Shown here: in pieces, positions 10,901-22,900 of the stretch
Layout of the letters: each line of letters starts with the position of its first letter
How positions within the stretch are numbered: the first letter of the stretch is position 1
Translations under genes and position numbers: made by a program
Notes under the pieces: generated by a model
Database searches by the model: none
What the model was told of the DNA's origin: nothing
Seen by the model: only the letters and a program-made list of their open reading frames with translations
Origin: the human T2T-CHM13v2.0 reference genome, Homo sapiens
DNA: 64,000 nucleotides
NCBI RefSeq assembly: GCF_009914755.1
Contig: NC_060943.1
Reading direction: 5' to 3' (one strand)

Positions 10901-13900
10901 ATGTGTGCATTCTACTCCCAAATTTGAATCTTCCTTTTCATGAAGCAGTTTTGAAACACTTTGTTTGTGCAATCCACAATTGGATAATTGGAACGCTTTG
11001 ATGCCCATGGTAGAAAAGGAAATATCCTCATATAAAAACTAGACAGAAGGATTCACAGAAAATGCTTTGTGATGTGTGCATTCAAATCACGGAGTTGAAT
11101 CTTTCTTTTGTCAGAGCAGTTTTGAAACACTGTTTCTGTGGAATCTGCCAGCGGACACTTGGAGCGCTTTGAGGGCTATGGTGGAGAAGGAAATATCTTC
11201 CCATAAAAACTAGAAAGAAGCATTCTCAGAAACATTTATGTGAAGCGTGCATTCAACTCACAGAGTTGAACCTTCCTTTTGATAGAAGAGTTTTGAAACA
11301 CTCTTTTGAACAATTGCAGGTGAATCTTTGGAGCGCTTTGAAGCCTTTGTTGGAAATGGGAATATCTTCACACACAAACTAGCCAGAAGCATTCTCAGAA
11401 AATTCTTTGTGATGTGTGCGTTGAACCCAGAGAGATGAACCTTTCCTTGGATAGAGCAGTTTTGAAACGTGTTTTTGTAAGATCTGCAAGTGGATAATTG
11501 GCTTCGCTTTGTGTCCTTTGGTGGAAACGGGAATATCTTCTAATAAAAACTAGACAGAAATATTCTCAGAATCTCCTTTGTGATGTGGGCATTCAACTAA
11601 CACAGTTGAACATTTCTTTTCACAGAGCAGTTTTGAAACACTCTTTTGGTCGAATCTGCCAGTGGATATTTGGAGCGCTTTGAGGGCTGTTGTGCCAATG
11701 GAAATATCTGCCCCTAAAATCTAGACAGAAGCATTCTCAGAAACTACTTCGTGATGTTTGCATTCAACTCACAGAGTTGAACATACCTCTTCACAGAGCA
11801 GTTTTGAAAACCTCTTTTTGTAGAATCTGCAAGTGGATATTCGTAGCACTTTGAGGCCTTCATAGGAAACAGTAATATCTTCGCATAAAAACTAGATAGA
11901 AGCATTGTCAGGAAGTTCTTTGTGATGTGTGAATTCAACTCACAGAGTTGAACCTTCCTTTAATAGAGCAGTTTTGAAACACTCTTTTTCTAGAATCTGC
12001 AAGTAGATATTTGGAGCGCTTGGAGGCCTTCTTTGGAAACCATAATATCTTCACAGGAAATGTAGATAGAGGCATTCTCAGAAACTTTTTTGTGATATGT
12101 AGATTCAACTCACAGCGTTGAACCTTTCTTTGGATGGAGCAGTTTTGAAAAACTCTTTTATCGAATCTGCAGGTAGACATTTGGGGTGCTTTGAGGGCTG
12201 TGGTGCAAAAGGAAATGTCTTCCCATAGAAACTAGACTGAAGCATTCTCAGCAACTTCTTTGTGACGTTTGCATTCATCTCACAGTGTTGAACATACCTT
12301 TCCATAGAGTAGTTTTGAAACACTGTTTTTGTAGAATCGGCCAGTGGATATTTGGACTGCTTTGAGGCCTTCATCGGGAACGGGAATATCTTCACATAAA
12401 CACTAGAGAGAAGCATTCTCAGAAACTTCTTTGTGATCTGTCCATTCAACTCACAGAGTTGAACCTTCCTTTTTATGGAGCAGTTTTGAATCACTGTTTT
12501 TGGAGAATCTGCAAGTGGATATTTGGAGCGCTTTGAGGCCTATGGTAGAAAAAGAAATATCTGCCTCTAAAAACCAGACAGAAGCATTCCGAGAAACTTC
12601 TCTGTGATGTTTGCATTCAACTAGCAGAGTTGAACCTTCCTTTTGATAGGGCAGTTTGGAAACACTCTTTTTGTAGAATCTGCATGTGGATATCTGGAGC
12701 CCTTTGAGGCCTACGGTCAAAAAGGAAATATCTTCCTGGGAAAAATAGACGAAAGCATTCTCAGAAACTGCTTTGTGATATGTGCATTCGACTCACCGAG
12801 TTGAAACTTTTTTTTGATACAGCAGTTTTGAAACACTCTGTAGAATCTGAAAGTGGATATTTGGAGCTCTTTGAGGGCTATGGCGGAAAAGAAAATATAT
12901 TCACATTAAAGTAGACAGCAGCATTCTCAGAAACTTCTTTAGGATGTTTGCAGTAAACTCACAGAGTTGAACATACCTTTCCGTAGAGCAGTTTTGAAAC
13001 ACTCTGTTTGTGGGATCCGCAAGGGGATATTTGGACCGCTTTGAGACCTTTGCTGGAAATGGGAATATCTTCACATATAAACTAGACAGAAGCATTCTCA
13101 GAAACTTCTTCGTGATGTGTGCATTCTACTCCCAAATTTGAATCTTCCTTTTCATGAAGCAGTTTTGAAACACTCTGTTTGTGCAATCCACAATTGGATA
13201 ATTGGAACGCTTTGATGCCCATGGTAGAAAAGGAAATATCCTCATATAAAAACTAGACAGAAGAATTCACAGAAAATGCTTTGTGATGTGTGCATTCAAA
13301 TCACGGAGTTGAATCTTTCTTTTGTCAGAGCAGTTTTGAAACACTGTTTCTGTGGAATCTGCCAGCGGACACTTGGAGCGCTTTGAGGGCTATGGTGGAG
13401 AAGGAAATATCTTCCCATAAAAACTAGAAAGAAGCATTCTCAGAAACATTTATGTGAAGCGTGCATTCAACTCACAGAGTTGAACCTTCCTTTTGATAGA
13501 AGAGTTTTGAAACACTCTTTTGAACAATTGCAGGTGAATCTTTGGAGCGCTTTGAAGCCTTTGTTGGAAATGGGAATATCTTCACACATAAACTAGCCAG
13601 AAGCATTCTCAGAAAGTTCTTTGTGATGTGTGCGTTGAACCCAGAGAGATGAACCTTTCCTTGGATAGAGCAGTTTTGAAACGTGTTTTTGTAAGATCGG
13701 CAAGCGGATAATTGGCTTCGCTTTGTGTCCTTTGGTGGAAACGGGAATATCTTCTAATAAAAACTAGACAGAAATATTCTCAGAATCTCCTTTGTGATGT
13801 GGGCATTCAACTAACACAGTTGAACATTTCTTTTCACAGAGCAGTTTTGAAACACTCTTTTGGTCGAATCTGCCAGTGGATATTTGGAGCGCTTTGAGGG

Positions 13901-16900
13901 CTGTTGTGCCAATGGAAATATCTGCCCCTTAAATCTAGACAGAAGCATTCTCAGAAACTACTTCGTGATGTTTGCATTCAACTCACAGAGTTGAACATAC
14001 CTCTTCACAGAGCAGTTTTGAAAACCTCTTTTTGTAGAATCTGCAAGTGGATATTCGGAGCACTTTGAGGCCTTCATAGGAAACAGTAATATCTTCGCAT
14101 AAAAACTAGATAGAAGCATTGTCAGGAAGTTCTTTGTGATGTGTGAATTCAACCCACAGAGTTGAACCTTCCTTTAATAGAGCAGTTTTGAAACACTCTT
14201 TTTCTAGAATCTGCAAGTAGATATTTGGAGCGCTTGGAGGCCTTCTTTGGAAACCGGAATATCTTCACAGGAAATGTAGATAGAGGCATTCTCAGAAACT
14301 TTTTTGTGATATGTAGATTCAACTCACAGCGTTGAACCTTTCTTTGGATGGAGCAGTTTTGAAAAACTCTTTTATCGAATCTGCAGGTAGACATTTGGGG
14401 TGCTTTGAGGGCTGTGGTGCAAAAGGAAATGTCTTCCCATAGAAACTAGACTGAAGCATTCTCAGCAACTTCTTTGTGACGTTTGCATTCATCTCACAGT
14501 GTTGAACATACCTTTCCATAGAGTAGTTTTGAAACACTGTTTTTGTAGAATCGGCCAGTGCATATTTGGACTGCTTTGAGGCCTTCATCGGAAACGGGAA
14601 TATCTTCACATAAACACTAGAGAGAAGCATTCTCAGAAACTTCTTTGTGATCTGTCCATTCAACTCACAGAGTTGAACCTTCCTTTTTATGGAGCAGTTT
14701 TGAATCACTGTTTTTGGAGAATCTGCAAGTGGATATTTGGAGCGCTTTGAGGCCTATGGTAGAAAAAGAAATATCTGCTTCTAAAAACCAGACAGAAGCA
14801 TTCCGAGAAACTCCTCTGTGATGTTTGCATTCAACTAGCAGAGTTGAACCTTCCTTTTGATAGGGCAGTTTGGAAACACTCTTTTTGTAGAATCTGCATG
14901 TGGATATCTGGAGCCGTTTGAGGCCTACGGTCAAAAAGGAAATATCTTCCTGGGAAAAATAGACGAAAGCATTCTCAGAAACTGCTTTGTGATATGTGCA
15001 TTCGACTCACCGAGTTGAAACTATTTTTTGATAGAGCAGTTTTGAAACACTCTGTAGAATCTGAAAGTGGATATTTGGAGCTCTTTGAGGGCTATGGCGG
15101 AAAAGAAAATATATTCACATTAAAGTAGACAGCAGCATTCTCAGAAACTTCTTTAGGATGTTTGCAGTAAACTCACAGAGTTGAACATACCTTTCCGTAG
15201 AGCAGTTTTGAAACACTCTGTTTGTGGGATCCGCAAGGGGATATTTGGACCGCTTTGAGACCTTTGCTGGAAATGGGAATATCTTCACATAGAAACTAGA
15301 CAGAAGCATTCTCAGAAACTTCTTCGTGATGTGTGCATTCTACTCCCGAATTTGAATCTTCCTTTTCATGAAGCAGTTTTGAAACACTCTGTTTGTGCAA
15401 TCCACAATTGGATAATTGGAACGCTTTGATGCCCATGGTAGAAAAGGAAATATCCTCATATAAAAACTAGACAGAAGGATTCACAGAAAATGCTTTGTGA
15501 TGTGTGCATTCAAATCACGGAGTTGAATCTTTCTTTTGTCAGAGCAGTTTTGAAACACTGTTTCTGTGGAATCTGCCAGCGGACACTTGCAGCGCTTTGA
15601 GGGCTATGGTGGAGAAGGAAATATCTTCCCATAAGAACTAGAAAGAAGCATTCTCAGAAACATTTATGTGAAGCGTGCATTCAACTCACAGAGTTGAACC
15701 TTCCTTTTGATAGAACAGTTTTGAAACACTCTTTTGAACAATTGCAGGTGAATCTTTGAGCGCTTTGAAGCCTTTGTTGGAAATGGGAATATCTTCACAC
15801 ACAAACTAGCCAGAAGCATTCTCAGAAACTTCTTTGTGATGTGTGCGTTGAACCCAGAGAGATGAACCTTTCCTTGGATAGAGCAGTTTTGAAACGTGTT
15901 TTTGTAAGATCTGCAAGCGGATAATTGGCTTCGCTTTGTGTCCTTTGGTGGAAACGGGAATATCTTCTAATAAAAACTAGACAGAAATATTCTCAGAATC
16001 TCCTTTGTGATGTGGGCATTCAACTAACACAGTTGAACATTTCTTTTCACAGAGCAGTTTTGAAACACTCTTTTGGTAGAATCTGCCAGTGGATATTTGG
16101 AGCGCTTTGAGGGCTGTTGTGCCAATGGAAATATCTGCCCCTAAAATCTAGACAGAAGCATTCTCAGAAACTACTTCGTGATGTTTGCATTCAACTCACA
16201 GAGTTGAACATACCTCTTCACAGAGCAGTTTTGAAAACCTCTTTTTGTAGAATCTGCAAGTGGATATTCGGAGCACTTTGAGGCCTTCATAGGAAACAGT
16301 AATATCTTCGCATAAAAACTAGATAGAAGCATTGTCAGAAAGTTCTTTGTGATGTGTGAATTCAACTCACAGAGTTGAACCTTCCTTTAATAGAGCAGTT
16401 GTGAAACACTCTTTTTCTAGAATCTGCAAGTAGATATTTGGAGCGCTTGGAGGCCTTCGTTGGAAACCGGAATATCTTCACAGGAAATGTAGATAGAGGC
16501 ATTCTCAGAAACTTTTTTGTGATATGTAGATTCAACTCACAGCGTTGAACCTTTCTTTGGATGGAGCAGTTTTGAAAAACTCTTTTATCGAATCTGCAGG
16601 TAGACATTTGGGGTGCTTTGAGGGCTGTGGTGCAAAAGGAAATGTCTTCCCATAGAAACTAGACTGAAGCATTCTCAGCAACTTCTTGGTGACGTTTGCA
16701 TTCATCTCACAGTGTTGAACATACCTTTCCATAGAGTAGTTTTGAAACACTGTTTTTGTAGAATCGGCAAGTGGATATTTGGACTGCTTTGAGGCCTTCA
16801 TCGGAAACGGGAATATCTTCACATAAACACTAGAGAGAAGCATTCTCAGAAACTTCTTTGTGATCTGTCCATTCAACTCACAGAGTTGAACCTTCCTTTT

Positions 16901-19900
16901 TATGGAGCAGTTTTGAATCACTGTTTTTGGAGAATCTGCAAGTGGATATTTCGAGCGCTTTGAGGCCTATGGTAGAAAAAGAAATATCTGCCTCTAAAAA
17001 CCAGACAGAAGCATTCCGAGAAACTTCTCTGTGATGTTTGCATTGAACTAGCAGAGTTGAACCTTCCTTTTGATAGGGCAGTTTGGAAACACTCTTTTTG
17101 TAGAATCTGCATGTGGATATCTGGAGCGGTTTGAGGCCTACGGTCAAAAAGGAAATATCTTCCTGGGAAAAATAGACGAAAGCATTCTCAGAAACTGCTT
17201 TGTGATATGTGCATTCGACTCACCGAGTTGAAACTTTTTTTTGATAGAGCAGTTTTGAAACACTCTGTAGAATCTGAAAGTGGATATTTGGAGCTCTTTG
17301 AGGGCTATGGCGGAAAAGAAAATATATTCACATTAAAGTAGACAGCAGCATTCTCAGAAACTTCTTTAGGATGTTTGCAGTAAACTCACAGAGTTGAACA
17401 TACCTTTCCGTAGAGCAGTTTTGAAACACTCTGTTTGTGGGATCCGCAAGGGGATATTTGGACCGCTTTGAGACCTTTGCTGGAAATGGGAATATCTTCA
17501 CATATAAACTAGACAGAAGCATTCTCAGAAACTTCTTCATGATGTGTGCATTCTACTCCCGAATTTGAATCTTCCTTTTCATGAAGCAGTTTTGAAACAC
17601 TCTGTTTGTGCAATCCACAATTGGATAATTGGAACGCTTTGATGCCCATGGTAGAAAAGGAAATATCCTCATATAAAAACTAGACAGAAGGATTCACAGA
17701 AAATGCTTTGTGATGTGTGCATTCAAATCACGGAGTTGAATCTTTCTTTTGTCAGAGCAGTTTTGAAACACTGTTTCTGTGGAATCTGCCAGCGGACACT
17801 TGGAGCGCTTTGAGGGCTATGGTGGAGAAGGAAATATCTTCCCATAAAAACTAGAAAGAAGCATTCTCAGAAACATTTATGTGAAGCGTGCATTCAGCTC
17901 ACAGAGTTGAACCTTCCTTTTGATAGAACAGTTTTGAAACACTCTTTTGAACAATTGCAGGTGAATCTTTGAGCGCTTTGAAGCCTTTGTTGGAAATGGG
18001 AATATCTTCACACACAAACTAGCCAGAAGCATTCTCAGAAACTTCTTTGTGATGTGTGCGTTGAACCCAGAGAGATGAACCTTTCCTTGGATAGAGCAGT
18101 TTTGAAACGTGTTTTTGTAAGATCTGCGAGCGGATAATTGGCTTCGCTTTGTGTCCTTTGGTGGAAACGGGAATATCTTCTAATAAAAACTAGACAGAAA
18201 TATTCTCAGAATCTCCTTTGTGATGTGGGCATTCAACTAACACAGTTGAACATTTCTTTTCACAGAGCAGTTTTGAAACACTCTTTTGGTAGAATCTGCC
18301 AGTGGATATTTGGAGCGCTTTGAGGGCTGTTGTGCCAATGGAAATATCTGCCCCTAAAATCTAGACAGAAGCATTCTCAGAAACTACTTCGTGATGTTTG
18401 CATTCAACTCACAGAGTTGAACATACCTCTTCACAGAGCAGTTTTGAAAACCTCTTTTTGTAGAATCTGCAAGTGGATATTCGGAGCACTTTGAGGCCTT
18501 CATAGGAAACAGTAATATCTTCGCATAAAAACTAGATAGAAGCATTGTCAGAAAGTTCTTTGTGATGTGTGAATTCAACTCACAGAGTTGAACCTTCCTT
18601 TAATAGAGCAGTTTTGAAACACTCTTTTTCTAGAATCTGCAAGTAGATATTTGGAGCGCTTGGAGGCCTTCGTTGGAAACCGGAATATCTTCACAGGAAA
18701 TGTAGATAGAGGCATTCTCAGAAACTTTTTTGTGATATGTAGATTCAACTCACAGCGTTGAACCTTTCTTTGGATGGAGCAGTTTTGAAAAACTCTTTTA
18801 TCGAATCTGCAGGTAGACATTTGGGGTGCTTTGAGGGCTGTGGTGCAAAAGGAAATGTCTTCCCATAGAAACTAGACTGAAGCATTCTCAGCAACTTCTT
18901 TGTGACGTTTGCATTCATCTCACAGTGTTGAACATACCTTTCCATAGAGTAGTTTTGAAACACTGTTTTTGTAGAATCGGCAAGTGGATATTTGGACTGC
19001 TTTGAGGCCTTCATCGGAAACGGGAATATCTTCACATAAACACTAGAGAGAAGCATTCTCAGAAACTTCTTTGTCATCTGTCCATTCAACTCACAGAGTT
19101 GAACCTTCCTTTTTATGGAGCAGTTTTGAATCACTGTTTTTGGGGAATCTGCAAGTGGATATTTCGAGCGCTTTGAGGCCTATGGTAGAAAAAGAAATAT
19201 CTGCCTCTAAAAACCAGACAGAAGCATTCCGAGAAACTTCTCTGTGATGTTTGCATTCAACTAGCAGAGTTGAACCTTCCTCTTGATAGGGCAGTTTGGA
19301 AACACTCTTTTTGTAGAATATGCATGTGGATATCTGGAGCGGTTTGAGGCCTACGGTCAAAAAGGAAATAACTTCCTGGGAAAAATAGACGAAAGCATTC
19401 TCAGAAACTGCTTTGTGATATGTGCATTCGACTCACCGAGTTGAAACTTTTTTTTGATAGAGCAGTTTTGAAATACTCTGTAGAATCTGAAAGTGGATAT
19501 TTGGAGCTCTTTGAGGGCTATGGCGGAAAAGAAAATATATTCACATTAAAGTAGACAGCAGCATTCTCAGAAACTTCTTTAGGATGTTTGCAGTAAACTC
19601 ACAGAGTTGAACATACCTTTCCGAAGAGCAGTTTTGAAACACTCTGTTTGTGGGATCCGCAAGTGGATATTTGGACCGCTTTGAGACCTTTGCTGGAAAT
19701 GGGAATATCTTCACATATAAACTAGACAGAAGCATTCTCAGAAACTTCTTCGTGATGTGTGCATTCTACTCCCAAATTTGAATCTTCCTTTTCATGAAGC
19801 AGTTTTGAAACACTCTGTTTGTGCAATCCACAATTGGATAATCGGAACGCTTTGATGCCCATGGTAGAAAAGGAAATATCCTCATATAAAAACTAGACAG

Positions 19901-22900
19901 AAGGATTCACAGAAAATGCTTTGTGATGTGTGCATTCAAATCACGGAGTTGAATCTTTCTTTTGTCAGAGCAGTTTTGAAACACTGTTTCTGTGGAATCT
20001 GCCAGCGGACACTTGGAGCGCTTTGAGGGCTATGGTGGAGAAGGAAATATCTTCCCATAAAAACTAGAAAGAAGCATTCTCAGAAACATTTATGTGAAGC
20101 TTGCATTCAACTCACAGAGTTGAACCTTCCCTTTGATACAACAGTTTTGAAACACCCTTTTGAACAATTGCAGGTGAATCTTTGGAGCGCTTTGAAGCCT
20201 TTGTTGGAAATGGGAATATCTTCACACACAAACTAGCCAGAAGCATTCTCAGAAACTTCTTTGTGATGTGTGCGTTGAACCCAGAGAGATGAACCTTTCC
20301 TTTGATAGAGCAGTTTTGAAACGTGTTTTTGTAAGATCTGCAAGCGGATAATTGGCTTCGCTTTGTGTCCTTTGGTGGAAACGGGAATATCTTCTAATAA
20401 AAACTAGACAGAAATATTCTCAGAATCTCCTTTGTGATGTGGGCATTCAACTAACACAGTTGAACATTTCTTTTCACAGAGCAGTTTTGAAACACTCTTT
20501 TGGTAGAATCTGCCAGTGGATATTTGGAGCGCTTTGAGGGCTGTTGTGCCAATGGAAATATCTGCCCCTGAAATCTAGACAGAAGCATTCTCAGAAACTA
20601 CTTCGTGATGTTTGCATTCAACACACAGAGTTGAACATACCTCTTCACAGAGCAGTTTTGAAAACCTCTTTCTGTAGAATCTGCAAGTGGATATTCGGAC
20701 CACTTTGAGGCCTTCTTAGGAAACAGTAATATCTTCACATAAAAACTAGATAGAAGCATTGTCAGAAAGTTCTTTGTGATGTGTGAATTCAACTCACAGA
20801 GTTGAACCTTCCTTTAATAGAGCAGTTTTGAAACACTCTTTTTCTAGAATCTGCAAATAGATATTTGGAGCGCTTTCAGACCTTCGTTGGAAACCGGAAT
20901 ATCTTCACAGGAAAAATAGATAGAGGCATTCTCAGAAACTTTTTTGTGATATGTAGATTCAACTCACAGCGTTGAAGCTTTCTTTGGATGGAGCAGTTTT
21001 GAAAAACTCTTTTATCGAATCTGCAAGTAGACATTTGGGGTGCTTTGAGGGCTGTGGTGCAAAAGGAAATGTCTTCCCATAGAAACTAGACTGAAGCAGT
21101 CTCAGCAACTTCTTTGTGACGTTTGCATTCATCTCACAGTGTTGAACATACCTTTCCATAGAGTAGTTTTGAAACACTGTTTTTGTAGAATCTGCAAGTG
21201 GATATTTGGACTGCTTTGAGGCCTTCATCGGAAACGGGAATATCTTCACATAAACACTAGACAGAAGCATTCTCAGAAACTTCTTTGTGATCTGTCCATT
21301 CAACTCACAGAGGTGAACCTTCCTTTTTATGGAGCAGTTTTGAAACACTGTTTTTGGAGAATCTGCAAGTGGATATTTGGAGCGCTTTGAGGCCTATGGT
21401 AGAAAAAGAAATATCTGCTTCTAAAAACCAGACAGAAGCATTCCGAGAAACTTCTTTGTGATGTTTGCATTCAACTAGCAGAGTTGAACCTTCCTTTTGA
21501 TAGGGCAGTTTGGAAACACTCTTTTTGTAGAATCTGCATGTGGATATCTGGAGCGGTTTGAGGCCTACGGTCAAAAAGGAAATATCTTCCTGGGAAAAAT
21601 AGACGAAAGCATTCTCAGAAACTGCTTTGTGATATGTGCATTCGACTCACCGAGTTGAAACTTTTTTTTGATAGAGCAGTTTTGAAACACTCTGTAGAAT
21701 CTGAAAGTGGATATTTGGAGCTCTTTGAGGGCTATGGCGGAAAAGAAAATATATTCACATTAAAGTAGACAGCAGCATTCTCAGAAACTTCTTTAGGATG
21801 TTTGCAGTAAACTCACAGAGTTGAACATACCTTTCCGAAGAGCAGTTTTGAAACACTCTGTTTGTGGGATCCGCAAGTGGATATTTGGACCGCTTTGAGA
21901 CCTTTGCTGGAAATGGGAATATCCTCACATATAAACTAGACAGAAGCATTCTCAGAAGCTTCTTCGTGATGTGTGCATTCTACTCCCAAATTTGAATCTT
22001 CCTTTTCATGAAGCAGTTTTGAAACACTCTGTTTGTGCAATCCACAATTGGATAATTGGAAAGCTTTGATGCCCATGGTAGAAAAGGAAATATCCTCATA
22101 TAAAAACTAGACAGAAGGATTCACAGAAAATGCTTTGTGATGTGTGCATTCAAATCACGGAGTTGAATCTTTCTTTTGTCAGAGCAGTTTTGAAACACTG
22201 TTTCTGTGGAATCTGCCAGCGGACACTTGGAGCGCTTTGAGGGCTATGGTGGAGAAGGAAATATCTTCCCATAAAAACTAGAAAGAAGCATTCTCAGAAA
22301 CATTTATGTGAAGCGTGCATTCAACTCACAGAGTTGAACCTTCCTTTTGATACAACAGTTTTGAAACACCCTTTTCAACAATTGCAGGTGAATCTTTGGA
22401 GCGCTTTGAAGCCTTTGTTGGAAATGGGAATATCTTCACACACAAACTAGCCAGAAGCATTCTCACAAACTCCTTTGTGATGTGTGCGTTGAACCGAGAC
22501 AGATGAACCTTTCCTTTGATAGAGAAGTTTTGAAACGTGTTTTTGTGAGATCTGCAAGCGGATAATTGGCTTCGCTTTGTGTCCTTTGGTGGAAACGGGA
22601 ATATCTTCTAATAAAAATTAGACAGAAATATTCTCAGAATCTCCTTTGTGATGTGGGCATTCAACTAACACAGTTGAACATTTCTTTTCACAGAGCAGTT
22701 TTGAAACACTCTTTTGGTAGAATCTGTCAGTGGATATTAGGAGCGCTTTGAGGGCTATTGTGCCAATTGAAATATCTGCCCCTGAAAACTAGACAGAAGC
22801 ATTCTCAGAAGCTACTTCGTGATGTTTGCATTCAACTCACAGAGTTGAACATACCTCTTCACAGAGCAGTTTTGAAAACCTCTTTCTGTAGAATCTGCAA

